Assembly: GCA_000004985.1 (NCBI GenBank)
Contig: GG738858.1
Strand: one strand, 5' to 3'
Length of the DNA stretch: 64,000 nucleotides
Source: Naegleria gruberi
Taxonomy: Eukaryota
The notes below the pieces were generated by a model that saw only the letters and a program-made list of their open reading frames with translations, searched no databases and was not told the origin of the DNA. Position numbers and translations under genes: made by a program. Shown here piece by piece: positions 32,901 to 45,351 of the stretch (position 1 is its first letter; each line of letters starts with the position of its first letter).

Positions 32901-34085
32901 ATGACCACTCAACCACTCCACACAATAGTCTGTGATAACGGCACTGGATTTGTAAAGTCTGGTTTTGCTGGTAACAATTTTCCAGTTGCAACATTTCCTT
33001 CCATGATTGGTCGTCCCCTATTACGTTCTAATGAATTCATTTCTGAAGATTATGAATTGAAAGATATTGTTGTGGGTGATGAATGCTCCAAATACAGAGC
33101 TGCTTTGGAAGTTTCGTATCCAATAACTAATGGTGTCATTACTGATTTTGATGAAATGTTGCATTTGTGGGATTACACATGGAATCGATTGAAGATTTCA
33201 CCAATGGAAAGTCAAATTCTCTTAACTGAACCTCCAATGAATCCAAAGGCAAAGACTAGACAATTAGTCGAAACAATGTTTGAGCATTATGAATTTTCAG
33301 CATTGTATATTGCCATTCAAGCTGTTTTAACATTATGTGCTCAAGGATTAGTGACAGGTGTTGTACTTGATTCAGGTGATGGTGTTACTCATACATTACC
33401 AGTCTATGATGGTTATTGTTGTGAACATTTGATTGGTAGAATGAATTTGGCTGGAAGAGAAGTTACTGATCATTTAATCAATTTGTTATTGATGCGTGGA
33501 TATTCATTTAATAGATCAGCAGATATTGAAACTGTTCGTCTTATTAAGGAGAAGTTTTGTTATGTTGCCTATGATTTACAAATGGAAAACAAACTAAACT
33601 TGGAAACTACTGAACTCATAAAGGTTTACAAGTTACCTGATGGAAGAAAGATCAAAATTGGTGCTGAACGCTTCCAAGGTCCTGAATGCTTGTTAAATCC
33701 AAGTATTCTCGATAAGGAAGATGCAGGAATGCACAAGCAAATATTCGAAACAATCAATAGGGCAGATTTGGATTTGAGAATGGATTATTATTCGCATATA
33801 GTATTATCTGGAGGTAGCACAATGTTCCCTGGTTTATCTTCACGATTGGAGAAGGAAATTACTTCACTCTACCTTGACAAGATTCTAAAAGGTGACTCTG
33901 AAAGATTGAAAAAGTTTAGTTTGAGAGTTGAAGATTCACCAAGAAGAAAACATTTGGTATATTGTGGAGGTGCTGTTTTGGCAGAGTTGATGCAAAAAGA
34001 GGGATCAAAATTCTGGTTGACTAAGCAAGAATATGAGGAGCAAGGTTTTGCAAGGGCAATCAAAAAGATTAGACCAAACTTTTAA
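32901..34085 (+). CDS. arp2: Actin-related protein 2 (Arp2), single exon.
   Basis: The 394-aa ORF reads [20 protein letters not shown]...FPSMIGRP...[21 protein letters not shown]...[18 protein letters not shown]...[20 protein letters not shown] and is colinear with human ACTR2. Confidence 0.9.
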   Translation: MTTQPLHTIVCDNGTGFVKSGFAGNNFPVATFPSMIGRPLLRSNEFISEDYELKDIVVGDECSKYRAALEVSYPITNGVITDFDEMLHLWDYTWNRLKISPMESQILLTEPPMNPKAKTRQLVETMFEHYEFSALYIAIQAVLTLCAQGLVTGVVLDSGDGVTHTLPVYDGYCCEHLIGRMNLAGREVTDHLINLLLMRGYSFNRSADIETVRLIKEKFCYVAYDLQMENKLNLETTELIKVYKLPDGRKIKIGAERFQGPECLLNPSILDKEDAGMHKQIFETINRADLDLRMDYYSHIVLSGGSTMFPGLSSRLEKEITSLYLDKILKGDSERLKKFSLRVEDSPRRKHLVYCGGAVLAELMQKEGSKFWLTKQEYEEQGFARAIKKIRPNF

Positions 34086-34126
34086 TAAACAAAACGATGT
34101 CAAAATTTCATGGCTCGCCACGTTTA

Positions 34127-34197
34127 CCGTCTCGGGAGGAATCGAACCTCCGTCAATGGATTCAAAGTCCACTATGCTACCATTACACCACGAGACG
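34127..34197 (-). tRNA. tRNA-Gln (anticodon TTG).
   Basis: The minus-strand sequence CGTCTCG TG GTGT AATGGTA GCAT A GTGGA CTTTGAA TCCAT TGAC GGAGG TTCGATT CCTCC CGAGACG G folds as a cloverleaf. The 7-bp acceptor stem is perfect, the T arm is GGAGG/CCTCC with a TTCGATT loop, and the anticodon loop is CT-TTG-AA. Confidence 0.8.
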
Positions 34198-34563
34198 AGC
34201 ACATCAATTAAATACCCTTAATGTTCTTATTATTAAGTATACTTTAACACTAAGCCCAATTTAAAGGAGCAATTCCGAAAGAAGAAATATTCAACATATC
34301 AGATACCGACAAACATCAAGGTTTTGCCTATGCATATAAGACACCTCAGAGAGATAGACAAGTCATTCTTAATGCAGCACAATATTTCGGAGGAATTTTA
34401 GAGCTATTAGATAAGTATTTGATGAGGAAATTGTTCTTCAATGCATCAAGACAACACCCATAGCATTAGAATTTGCAAGTGAAACTCTGAGAAATAATCC
34501 AGAAATTGAGAGCAGCTTACAATTTAGCAAAAGGTGGAATTTACTCATGAACCAAAAAACAGA

Positions 34564-34637
34564 TACCGACAATGGGGCTCGAACCCACGACCCCAGGATT
34601 AGAAGTCCTGTGCTCTATCCAACTGAGCTATGACGGC
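34564..34637 (-). tRNA. tRNA-Arg (anticodon TCT).
   Basis: The minus-strand sequence GCCGTCA TA GCTC AGTTGGATA GAGC A CAGGA CTTCTAA TCCTG GGGTC GTGGG TTCGAGC CCCAT TGTCGGT A folds as a tRNA. The D and anticodon stems are perfect. The acceptor stem has one T-T mismatch and one G-U pair. Confidence 0.7.
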
Positions 34638-35484
34638 TTATATTCACAATTAAAAGAAATTATTGATGTTCATGTTTTTCAGACGTTAATTGGTTGGTGC
34701 TAAATTTTGGTGGTTAATGGTTTTAATTTTGTGAGAACACATCAATTAGCACATTCCTCTGAACTTGAATAATGAACAGTTCTGGATTCTCAAACTACCC
34801 ATTATTCCAATTCCAATATGAGTACTTAATTCCTCGATTGGATCAAGTTTTTAAGGATCTTCCCACTCAAAAGAGGAAAGAATCAAGAATGCATCACAAC
34901 ACAAGATGAACTGTTTTACAGAGATATCAGATTGTAACGTCCAACCGATATTACCCAGATAGCACGAAGAGGAAACAGACTAAACAATTCCTTCACCTAT
35001 GATGATGATGGTGAAGAATTGATTTAATTCACAAGAAGAATATTAATAATAATTATTATGCAACCAACCATCATAATGAGAAGTAGCGAAATCTTTTTGT
35101 ATTAGAGTGGGCCAATTTATGTGATGAAGTGCACATTTCATTGTAAAGGATCCTTTTTCAATCATGGCTTTCCATTTATTTCATTTTAATGAATCCGTAG
35201 ATGATTAGTTTCCGTTTCATCAAGAATCTCATAAACCAACTTTAGAGTGAGTATACAAATTCTATCATTCCTAATTCTTTTGATTCCTTCCATGTTTATT
35301 TCAAATTGTCTCTTGGATTGTATTTGACATTCAAACAGTGCAATCTTTCGAATATCAAAAACACAAAAAACAACTTTACTACAACCACCACTAGTTAACA
35401 GCTAATACTACTACCTATAATCCACACAGTGTAATATCCTATTAACTTGTATCATAATCATCATCACGTTATCTTTTCATCATC

Positions 35485-37069
35485 ATGGACAAATTGCATA
35501 TAAATTATTACCCAACCACTACTGACTTGTTACTCACAAACAGTTCATCCACAAATAGCAACACCACATCAACAACAACACTACCTTCTCCCTTCACTAC
35601 ATACAGTATTATTACCATTGCTTTAACTTCACCATATGCTTTGATTTTTATTGGGTTATTCATATTCACACTCATTAGTTTCATTCTCCAACGAAATCAA
35701 TTGAAGAGAAATCAAGTAATTTTATTTGTGTTACTCTTAACATTGGAAGTAATTTGTGTTATTTCGAATTTGACAAGAGCAACATCAGAGTTGAGTTTAC
35801 TTGCTGGTCGAGATGCACAAGGGAAAATTAATAATGGATATTATGGTGTGAAAGCTGTTGATAGATTTTTAGTTTCAGTCTTGATTTTTATTCAGATTTT
35901 AATACTTGCCTTTATTTGTTATGTATTGTAAGTATACTAAATTTGTATAGGTTTACAACAATTGAATTATAGTATGGCCACAACAAGACAAATTGGCTAT
36001 GTTACCACTAAGAGTTATAATATTTCAAAGATTGTATTGGTATCACTTGTTGTCATTATTGGTATAATCTTAACTTTGAATAATGTGGCCATTCTGACCT
36101 ATCATGGATTGATGGCAAGTTCAGATATCTTGGCTCAGAATGGAGCTGAATATAATTTCACAGTTTCAATCTTTATTGCTCCATGTGTCATCTTTTTCTT
36201 TGCATGTGTTGCAATTTCCATCTTTCTCAATGTAAGTTTTCCTTCCTTTAACAATTGACTAAAATTGATCAATCATCTCTGTACAGATTTATGGATATAA
36301 ATTATATGCCTCATTGAAAAAGAGTCAACAAGCATTGAAAGAAGCATTCAAGCAACAAAATGCTCTTGTTAAAGAGTCTCAAAGTGAGGCACCTTCAATG
36401 GTAGAATCTTCATCCAGCATTTCTATTGGACCTCGATTGACTCTTGAAGACAGCAGTATGGATTCATCACCTCTTCCACAAATTCCAACCATTCAGAATC
36501 CAACACTCTTAGAACTTGAAAAGGCAATGTCACCTTCAAATTCATGTGAAAGTTTATCCAATTCGAGAGAACCACTCAATAGTCCAGAATCTGTTCCTAC
36601 TCTATGTGTTTCTCCTGACTCTTCAACTCCTCTTCCAATTGTAAAAGCTAGCTCACCAACAAGTCCAAAAACAACAAGATATTCCTCAAGAACCATCCAA
36701 GAGCCACCATCTGAAACCAGTAGCCACAATACAAGTTCCAAACGTAGAAAGAATTACACAACCTTCACAAAAGAACAGCAACAAGCCTATCAAGTTAAAA
36801 AGAGAGCTCTCCAAAAAGCACTTTTATTACAATTTGGTCTATCTGCTTCTCTATTTGTAGAGTCAATTGGTGTGTTATTCATTTCAATTGCAGTTGCTTG
36901 GAATTATTCAGTTATCATTTTCTTTAATCTTTTCAATATTGGTATTATTTGTTTCATTTCATTACTTTTAGCAATTTATCATCCACTGAGACAAGTTCAA
37001 CAATTATTTAGAATGCCAAGTGACAAACAAATTGAACTTAAAACTTCTGCTCCTAGTAAAAATGTTTAA
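35485..37069 (+). CDS. Seven-transmembrane receptor-like protein (GPCR-like) with a long S/P-rich third cytoplasmic loop. Three exons: 35485..35927, 35973..36231 and 36287..37069.
   Basis: Three ORFs are joined by 45-nt and 55-nt GTAAGT...AG introns with consistent phases. Seven hydrophobic helices are present: TM1-3 in exon 1, TM4-5 in exon 2 and TM6-7 in exon 3. The glycosylatable N-terminus is N/S/T-rich. Confidence 0.6.
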
Positions 37070-37094
37070 ATGTTATTTTATTAATAATTTGTTT

Positions 37095-37564
37095 TTAATA
37101 TTCGTTTTTTGGGTTTTGTATTGTCCAATTGTTGATAATACCAAATGTGCCAGATGAATTCCTCTTGAATAGAGTCAACACACCAATCATAGCAAGAGTT
37201 TGTTCTCCCTTATAGAAAGTATAATAATACAACTTGTTTTGGATTGATAAGGCTGAAATGAAGTTATCATTGGTCCAACAATTGTAGTGCAATACTATCG
37301 TTGCACTGGCACATATTTCCTTCTCCATCCCTGACAATGACTTTCTATCCACAAGTTTTTGAGCCAAATCGTTTTTGCAGCAAAGTTTGAAAAGAATTTT
37401 CTCACAGTGGAAAAATTGTAAAAATTGTCACATCGTGGAGTTTGTGTTAATAATTCACGAATGTACATTTAAGGTACCTCTCTGTTTCTTGGATCAGTTA
37501 GCCTTTCCAATAAATTCCAGAAAATGGATTGGCATTTTTCATATTCATCGTCATGTGTTTGCAT
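37095..37564 (-). CDS. Small hypothetical protein of about 131 aa. Two exons: 37564..37478 and 37400..37095.
   Basis: The ATG at 37564 encodes MQTHDDEYEKCQSIFWNLLERLTDPRNRE. A 77-nt GTACCT...GTGAG intron follows in phase 0. The listed ORF 37095..37367 begins at an internal TTG, and an in-frame TGA lies upstream of it without the splice. No confident family assignment was possible. Confidence 0.3.
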
Positions 37565-37712
37565 TTGTTTTAATAGAAAGATTAATTGTTGTTGAGCCTT
37601 AGTAAATTTTCTCGTTAGAATGAGATTTTTGTGGATTTAAAGTGCAGTTTATTCAAATAAATCAATTCAAGAAATTTACTCAGAAATATTATGGTTTGTG
37701 CTGCTCAATTCA

Positions 37713-38732
37713 TCACATGATGGAACACTTTTTCCTATCATCTTGTTTTCCATTTTCGTAAACTAAAATATCGGTAATATCTTTTTGATAATAATTAATG
37801 CAAATTTTTAAAAATTCTTCAATTCCATTTCCCAATTCATTTATATTTTTAATAATAATTAAATTTTTTCTATTTTTTAATAATTCAACAAGTTGTTTTC
37901 CCAATTGTAATTTTTCATTTTCATATATGGAATCAATAATTACCAAACATGGAAATAAAATTGAATATTTAACTTTATCAATCATTTCCATAATTTCTTG
38001 TAACATTTCAAATTCTCGATTTAAATTTATAATAATTCCATGAAATCTTTCTAATAATTGTAATTTATGTGAATATTCAAATGATTGTGAAATTTCTGTT
38101 ATTAATAAATTATTAATTATTTTAATTTGTTCATTATTTGATTTGTTTGGTAATTTAATTAATTTGGCTGTTTCACATTTATCCAATAAAGAAATTTTAT
38201 CAAATTCATCAAAATCAAATCCAAATTGTTGATTCAAATATAAGTTTCTCCTTCCAAACGAATTACAAATTCCAATTTCAAATATTTTATCTAATCTATT
38301 TAATGTATTTAATTTAAATTCATTTAATTCAATTAAATTTTTATTATTAAAATATTTAGATAATAAAATAATTAAATTTTTATATTTAAAATAATTATTA
38401 TTAATACTAGTATTATTATTAATAGTATTTGTAATAAAATGTTCAATTCCCACCAATTTATATCTTTTTAATAAAATTACTTTCCAATAACTTTGGAATA
38501 AATTTCTAATTAAAATAATATTATCATTCAATTGTTGATATTTCCTACGTTTTGTATTATTATCATTATTAACATTAAATAATTTATAATAAATCCATTC
38601 TAAATTATTAATACATGATACAGATGATGATGAATATTCCATGATCGGATGAAAATCATCAATTAAAATAAAATTTAATATTTGAATGTGAAGTTCGAGT
38701 GGTAAATTTCTTATCAAATTATTTTCATTCAT
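37713..38732 (-). CDS. N/I/K-rich hypothetical protein with an N-terminal F-box-like motif.
   Basis: The 339-aa ORF starts at a true ATG. Its N-terminus, IRNLPLELHIQILNFILIDDF, resembles an F-box. The rest is low-complexity and N-rich. Confidence 0.4.
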   Translation of the reverse strand: MNENNLIRNLPLELHIQILNFILIDDFHPIMEYSSSSVSCINNLEWIYYKLFNVNNDNNTKRRKYQQLNDNIILIRNLFQSYWKVILLKRYKLVGIEHFITNTINNNTSINNNYFKYKNLIILLSKYFNNKNLIELNEFKLNTLNRLDKIFEIGICNSFGRRNLYLNQQFGFDFDEFDKISLLDKCETAKLIKLPNKSNNEQIKIINNLLITEISQSFEYSHKLQLLERFHGIIINLNREFEMLQEIMEMIDKVKYSILFPCLVIIDSIYENEKLQLGKQLVELLKNRKNLIIIKNINELGNGIEEFLKICINYYQKDITDILVYENGKQDDRKKCSIM

Positions 38733-38851
38733 TTTTTTAAAAAATCAAATACATGAAGTGACTCTAAATATTGAGTAATTATAAATAATTTTTCTTAAAT
38801 TGTAAATTGGATAAATCCATCACTATTTTTTAAATATTAATGAATAAAAAT

Positions 38852-39984
38852 TTATTCATCTTGTTCTTCTGGAATGTTGAATAGAGCATTGTGATAAACA
38901 TTTTGTACATCATCGTGATCATTCAATTTTTCAATAAGATTTTGAATACTTTCAGCAACTTCTGGATCAGTAATTTCAATAAATGAAGTTGGAACTTGAC
39001 CAATTTCACATGTAATATTTTGAATGGTAATATTCATACCCTTTTCAATATTTGTCTTTTCAGTGTCGAGTAGAGATTTTAAATTATGAACAGATTCAGG
39101 TGAACAAAAGAGAGAACATTCTAAAAATTCCTTTTCCATATCATTTTGAGTTGGTTCAATTTTTAAATCTTCAACACCATCCATATCTGATACTTTTTCA
39201 AATAAATTATCATAAATAATATCCATCTTTGAATGAGACATTGGAATTGTAAAGTTAACAACTCCTTTCTTTTCAAAACACCATTGAACTGATGTACCTA
39301 ATTGACCTTTGTGTAATGAAAAAAGTGTTCTTACTTGTTGAGCTGTTCTATTCTTATTTTCTGTTAATGAATCAACAAGAACTGCAACACCACCTGCTCC
39401 ATATCCTTCATAACCAATATATTCCATATTAGCATCCTTTTCATTTAAACCTGATTTAATAGCACCATCAACAATATGTTTTGGAACATTGTTCTTTCTA
39501 GCCTTTTCAAGACATAAACGTAATCTTAAATTATCAGATCCTGCTCCTCCAAGTTGAACACATGTTTTAATTTCACGTGAAAGTTTTGTATAAATTTTCA
39601 TCTTTTGAACATCTGTAATTGCTTTTTGATGTTTAATCTATATAATTATCAACATCATTTCCAAATATTGTTTCAATTTTAATAGGAATTTTAATTGTTG
39701 TGCAATAATCATAATCATAATAAAATTCACAAGATAGGTAAATCACAAATATCCAAATATTATTATTCATATCATCACAAATAAATTCCGATATATTTTC
39801 CTTTAATAAACAATATAATAATTCATCATACCTTTGACCACTTGTTGTGTCCAGCATAATTGACACTCAAGTAATTTGAGAAATTTCTAACAGCAGGTCC
39901 ATTCAAAAAACTTGTACTGCTGCTGCTATTCGCTATAAATTTATATCTGAATGCCGATAACAAGGCTGATGATGATTTGAACAT
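38852..39984 (-). CDS. YebC/TACO1-family protein (probable mitochondrial translational activator). Two exons: 39984..39832 and 39637..38852.
   Basis: Exon 1 encodes a basic presequence followed by AGHNKWSK. A 194-nt GTATGA...TATAG intron follows in phase 0. Exon 2 encodes IKHQKAITDVQKMKIYTKLSREIKTCVQLGG...YIGYEGYGAGGVAVLVDSLTENKNRTAQQVR, which is colinear with bacterial YebC. Confidence 0.75.
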
Positions 39985-40555
39985 TTTTTAAAAAAAACAA
40001 AAATTTAAAAAAATTAATTGTTAAATCAAATTATCTTGAGAGCCTTTGCGTGACAACTATCCATTAAAATAGCCTCTTCAGATGTTGTATATCAATTTGA
40101 AAATTTAATTAATAATTATTAATAATCATAGTATGGTCTATTTGTAAAAATATGAGTGAAAGATAAGGAACGGATGAAAATGAGAAAATAGGAAATAAAT
40201 ACGAAAGAAGGATGAATGTTTGATTCCTATTGAATATGATAATTTCTTTACAATTATTTACAATTAATTCTCTTTTACTGTAGCTTAACTAATATGATTC
40301 TACATTCGAAAATAGAAGTATGTACGAATTCCTTTACTGTCACAATGAAAAGACAACATTAATCTTCATCCATGAAATATTAAAATTTTCCTATTGACAA
40401 CAAATATTTGAAAGATCATAAACAATATTTGAGATTGCAAATATTGATTCAATAGTATTCAGCTTCTCTTTAACTTTACAAAAATCGGAGCAAAAAAATT
40501 CTCAATTAAAATTTCCTCTCACACTTTTTCAAAGCCTCAAACATTTAAGATCCGA

Positions 40556-41907
40556 ATGGATATCGCTGCTCCTTTCTGTTACCTTTGTTCGGACATGACG
40601 ATGGGCAACTGCCCAACAACTTCATTTACAGCCGTCAAAAAGCTCAAATATTCAACGAACACTTTGGCGCCAAAAAGATTCCAGCTGGAAAGTAGGGAAT
40701 CGTTGAAGGCTTTTGTTGAAATTTCGCACACAAAAAAAAAACGCAGAATGACAGAAATAATTGATAGTTTAATTCACAAGTTTGTGAATGAACCACTTCC
40801 TCTTCCATATGAGCAAATCCCAGCCTTGGACAAGGCTCGTAACTATATTTTAAACTTTACCTTTGATAAACACGATCCATTCAATATGAGCCAATTTTAT
40901 CCAACAACAATTCTCCCAGTATTGTCATATCTTGCCATGATCTTTATTTTGAAGAAGATTTTCCACAATAGACCAGTTGATTTCAAGGCCAATCCAATTC
41001 TCTATGGTTTTGGTTTTATTCACAATGTAATTTTAAGTTTTGGATCCTTGCTCATGTTCTCCGGAATGATGTACGGATTTTTACAAGTTGTCTTGTCTAA
41101 ATATCTCATTGCAAAGGAAACTCCTGTTCAATCCTTCTTGATTGGTATTTGTAATAGCAGTGGAAGCTATTGGAACAATCAATACGGTACTGCTTTCTGG
41201 ATTTGGGTCTTTATGGTTAGGTATGTGTAGTTTTATTGTTAACGATGTTTATTAACAATTGTATTTTCACATTTATTTTAACACACTTTTTAATGACGAT
41301 TATTATCTATTTTTCAACCACCAACTATTATCACACACACTATACTATTAACTTTATATCATCTAATACTAACCTTCTAATACTATCAATTATAATAATA
41401 ATAATAACACGGAATGATAATGAAAATAACAGTAAATGGTGGGAATTTGTTGATACTTTCCTTTTGTGTATGAAGGATAAGCCACTCCAATTCCTCCACG
41501 TCTGGCATCATGCTACTGTTCCACTCCACATGTATCTCATGTTGATCTCTGAATGGGACCCAGCTGTTTTTGGTTTCTGTTTCAATGCTTTTGTTCACGT
41601 TATCATGTATTATTACTATTTGCAACAATATAGAGGTATTGATTGTTGGTGGAAGAAGCTTGTCACAATTATTCAAATTGTTCAATTTGTTGTCTGCTTT
41701 GTCATTTTAGGTATTTCATTGAATAGCGAACATTGTGATTTGGAATCATCTCAACCACGTATTGCTTTGGCTTCTACTTTCACTTTGTACCTTTCTTATT
41801 TGGTTTTGTTCATCAAATTCTATGCTTCAACTTACAAGAGAAGACCAAGAGCAAACAAGGAAAAGCCAATTGAAGAAAAGTCAGCTGAAGAAAAGAAGAT
41901 TCAATAA
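40556..41907 (+). CDS. ELO-family fatty-acid elongase (ELOVL-like). Two exons: 40556..41220 and 41433..41907.
   Basis: A 212-nt GTATGT...AACAG intron in phase 2 separates the exons. Exon 2 carries the ELO histidine box LHVWHHATV within KWWEFVDTFLLCMKDKPLQFLHVWHH, plus multiple TM helices. The N-terminal 80 aa are not ELO-like, so the true start may instead be the internal M at MTEII. Confidence 0.65.
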
Positions 41908-42097
41908 TTCTTTTAAAATACATAAATTATTATTTATATTTATTTCATAAATCTAGAAGTTTTGTGTGCTTAGCTTTTTGTCATCATTCCAGCTACTATT
42001 ATTGTGAGTATTCGCGAATATTGTTGAATTGTATTACAACAAGAATACAAATAATAGGTGAATAATGATGATGGTGATGAATTGTATGATGATGAAT

Positions 42098-42517
42098 TTA
42101 ATGATATCCTCCTCGATTATAGACTTGATGATTGTAGCCTTGTCTAGGAGCTTCCTCTTCCTCATCGTCTTCCTCTTCATCATCTTGATAGGCCTGATGT
42201 TGTGCGGAAGCGTGATTTGATCTATAATTTACTACTTGTTGAGGAACTTGGTCTTCCTCTTCTTCCTCCTTTTCTCTGTTTACCTTCTCACATTCATCAA
42301 TCCACTCACTATAAACATCAATAGGATCAGTGATGTATGTAATATTAGTTTGATATTGAGCACCACAAATTTGACAGTTTAATCTGCCTTGCGACTTTTT
42401 TCTATCAATTGTACATTCAACGGTACTTGTATTATTACAGAATGGACAATCAAAAGATGTTGGCAATTTTGGAACAACTTTCTTTGGTGGTGGTTTTCTT
42501 GTAGCACGTTTGCCCAT
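42098..42517 (-). CDS. elf1: Transcription elongation factor 1 homolog (ELF1, zinc-ribbon) with an acidic tail.
   Basis: The 139-aa ORF reads MGKRATRKPPPKKVVPKLPTSFDCPFCNNTSTVECTIDRKK...LNCQICGAQYQTNITYITDPIDVYSEWIDECE, a near-exact match to the ELF1 family signature. Confidence 0.85.
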   Translation of the reverse strand: MGKRATRKPPPKKVVPKLPTSFDCPFCNNTSTVECTIDRKKSQGRLNCQICGAQYQTNITYITDPIDVYSEWIDECEKVNREKEEEEEDQVPQQVVNYRSNHASAQHQAYQDDEEEDDEEEEAPRQGYNHQVYNRGGYH

Positions 42518-42638
42518 TTTTTTTTAATCTAAAATATTCTAATTTTAAAACATTTTTAACGGAAATTTATTTGAAATTTGCACCATTTGAAGATAATAAA
42601 AATAATAATAAATAAAAAATAGTATATCAATTAATAAT

Positions 42639-44992
42639 TTATAAATTCCATTCATTTAAAATCATTTCAGCAGCCTTTTCAGCAATAGCAGCAGTAGGAG
42701 CATTAGTATTACCTCTTGGAACATTTGGCATAATAGAAGCATCAACAACTCTTAAATTTTTAACACCTCTAACTTTACAATATTCATCAACTACTGACAT
42801 TTCATCATTTTCAGATCCCATTTTACATGTTGAAGTTGGATGATATAATGTTGTAAACATTTGTGTTAAACATTCTCTAATTTCATCATGTGTTTTATAA
42901 TCGTGTGGAGAACAGAATATAAATTCCTTAACCATACTCTTAAATGGTTCTTGGAGGAAGGTTTTTTGAATTTGAGAAATTCCATCCACCAATACTTTAA
43001 TATCTTGTTCATTTCCAAAATAGTTACCATGTATAATTGGTGAATCATTGGTATCATTGGATCTTAATGAAATATATCCTCTTGCTTTAGGTTGTAAATT
43101 TACAACTCCAATTGAAATACCTATTATTATTATTATTATCATTATTATTATTTAAATAATACATATTAAATAATATTATTAAATATAATTAAATATTAGG
43201 GAAATATTAAATAATACTATTAAATAAAAACATACCATTTTCACCTGGATATTCAATAGAAGCATGATGTACAAAGAAACCAGGAACTGAAACAATTTGT
43301 AAATCATATGGTTGATTATTTTCCTTTGCATATTTTGATTTGAAAAAACCTTGAATATGTGGAGCTCCAACATTAAATAATTTCCATGAATTTGGAATGG
43401 CAGCTGGGAATAATTTTCTCACCATTGAAAATTCTAAGAAATTGAATGAAGATTGCATAATCCATTGAAGTAAATTCCACAAACTTTCATAGGAATGAAG
43501 TGAAGTGTAACCTTCTTTTAATTTACCAATTACAGCTCCTAATAAATGATCATGAAGATTTTTACCAACTCCTTTCAAATTGGATATAATTGGAATGTTG
43601 AATTTCTTTAATTCTTCTTTATCACCAATACCTGATACCATTAATATCTATTATTATAAATATATATTAAATATTAAATATATATTAAATATTATTGTAA
43701 TAATTTTTAAATATATATTATTGTAATATTGTAATATATTGTAAATATTAAATACCTACTTGTGGTGAAGCAATTGAACCTGCTGATGAAATAACTTCCT
43801 TTCTAACATTAATTTTAATTAATTGATTTGTTCTCTTATTTAAATATTCAACACCACTTGCTACATTTTCATTCTTTCCATTTTTAGTAAATAAAATTCT
43901 TTTAACAATACATTCTGTTCTAATTTGTAAATTTGGACGTTTTAATGTTTCTAAATCTAGAAATGCTTCTGCAAGTGAATGTCTTCTACCATTTTCATCA
44001 ATTGAATGATGATGATATGAAACACTTTCTAAAATTGAATGTCCTTCTCCTTTTTCTAATAATTCTTCTTCATTTGGTAATAATTCATTTGGATCTAATA
44101 TTTTTAAAATAAAATTAATAAAAAATATAATTAAAATTAAAAAATTAAAAAATTAATTAAAAAATAAAACTAACCATCTCTAATTGGTATATTTAAACCA
44201 TTACTTAAACTATTAATAATAACACTTGTTAAATTAAAATTAACTAATGGACCAATTTCTTCAATAATATCTTTAGTATGTTTAATTTTCCATTTTCCAT
44301 CAGTGCCATGATATTTTCTATTTATATTTTTACTTAAATGTTTTTCAGATTTTTTAAAATATTTTAACATATCCTTATAGGACCATGATAAATTACCATT
44401 TTTAGAAGTATTATTAAATAATAAATAATTCCATTCATTATAATCTAATGGATGTCCTCTAATATATAAATTAGCATTAACAGATGATGAACCACCAATT
44501 ACTTTACCACGTGGCATGTAAATTTCTCTATTTCTTAATTGAGGTTGTGAAATTGTTTTGTAATCATAGTCAATTGAAGTATTCATTGTAAACTTTGGAA
44601 ATCCAAGTGGAAAATGAATTCCAATTAAATCATTATTTGATACTCCTGATTCTAATACTAAGACTTTAATTTTAGGATTTTCACTTAATCTACTTGATAA
44701 TACACTACCAGCTGTACCACTTTTATTACAATGATAGTATTACAATATTACAATAATATAGTTATTATGATTAGTATTATTGATCAAAATATTAAATAAA
44801 TAAATAAAAATATTAATAAATAAATATAACATACGCTCCAATAATAACATAATCAAAATCAGTTATATTTGATAGAGTAGGATCAGAGTGATACTTTTCA
44901 AATCTATTTTCAACTTTAATATATTGTTGATAGAATAGATAGAGGAATGAAATGATCACTATTAATGAACTAGTAATTAATAATTTTAACAT
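42639..44992 (-). CDS. GMC-family FAD oxidoreductase (choline dehydrogenase-like) with an N-terminal signal/anchor. Five exons: 44992..44835, 44719..44175, 44094..43760, 43647..43236 and 43120..42639.
   Basis: Exon 1 encodes MLKLLITSSLIVIISFLYL...DFDYVIIGA. Exon 2 begins GTAGSVLSSRLSENPKIKVLVLESG (the GxGxxG FAD site). Exon 3 ends ...VISSAGSIASPQ. Exon 4 begins ILMVSGIGDKEEL...GVGKNLHDH. Exon 5 carries HPTSTCKMG...LRVVDASIMPNVPRGNTNAPTAAIAEKAAEMI. The introns are 115, 80, 112 and 115 nt, and phases are consistent. Confidence 0.75.
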
Positions 44993-45351
44993 TTTTTTTT
45001 TAAAAACACTACATCCAACAATAACATCAACAACAAGGCTATTTGATGATCATGTTTAACAATGTTGTTGAAGAATCCTCACTACTGTAATGAAAATTGT
45101 GAATCACTAAAATGCACATGAAATAAGATGTGTTGAAACAATTTTGGATGATAGGACCAAATGAAGGTGAATTGTCAAACTATAATTTCATCTAAAAGTT
45201 AATTCATTTCACTTTTAGTTGTGTTAATAGTTCACTTTATAACATTACATGTTCTCTATATTCTTCTCATTCAATCCATTCAATATTCATTCAATATATA
45301 TTCAAATTGTAGTTGAGATGAATTTAAAAAAACAATAATTATTATTATTAT

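Noticed and set aside
37375-37602. 75-aa plus-strand ORF.
   Set aside because: It overlaps the better-supported minus-strand two-exon gene (37095..37564), which starts at a true ATG with consistent splice phases. The plus ORF has no homology.
39633-39866. 77-aa ORF (minus strand) that could be read as a small gene.
   Set aside because: It lies entirely within the 194-nt intron of the YebC gene. The flanking exons, AGHNKWSK | IKHQKAITDVQKMKIYTKL, align perfectly with YebC/TACO1 only when this region is spliced out.
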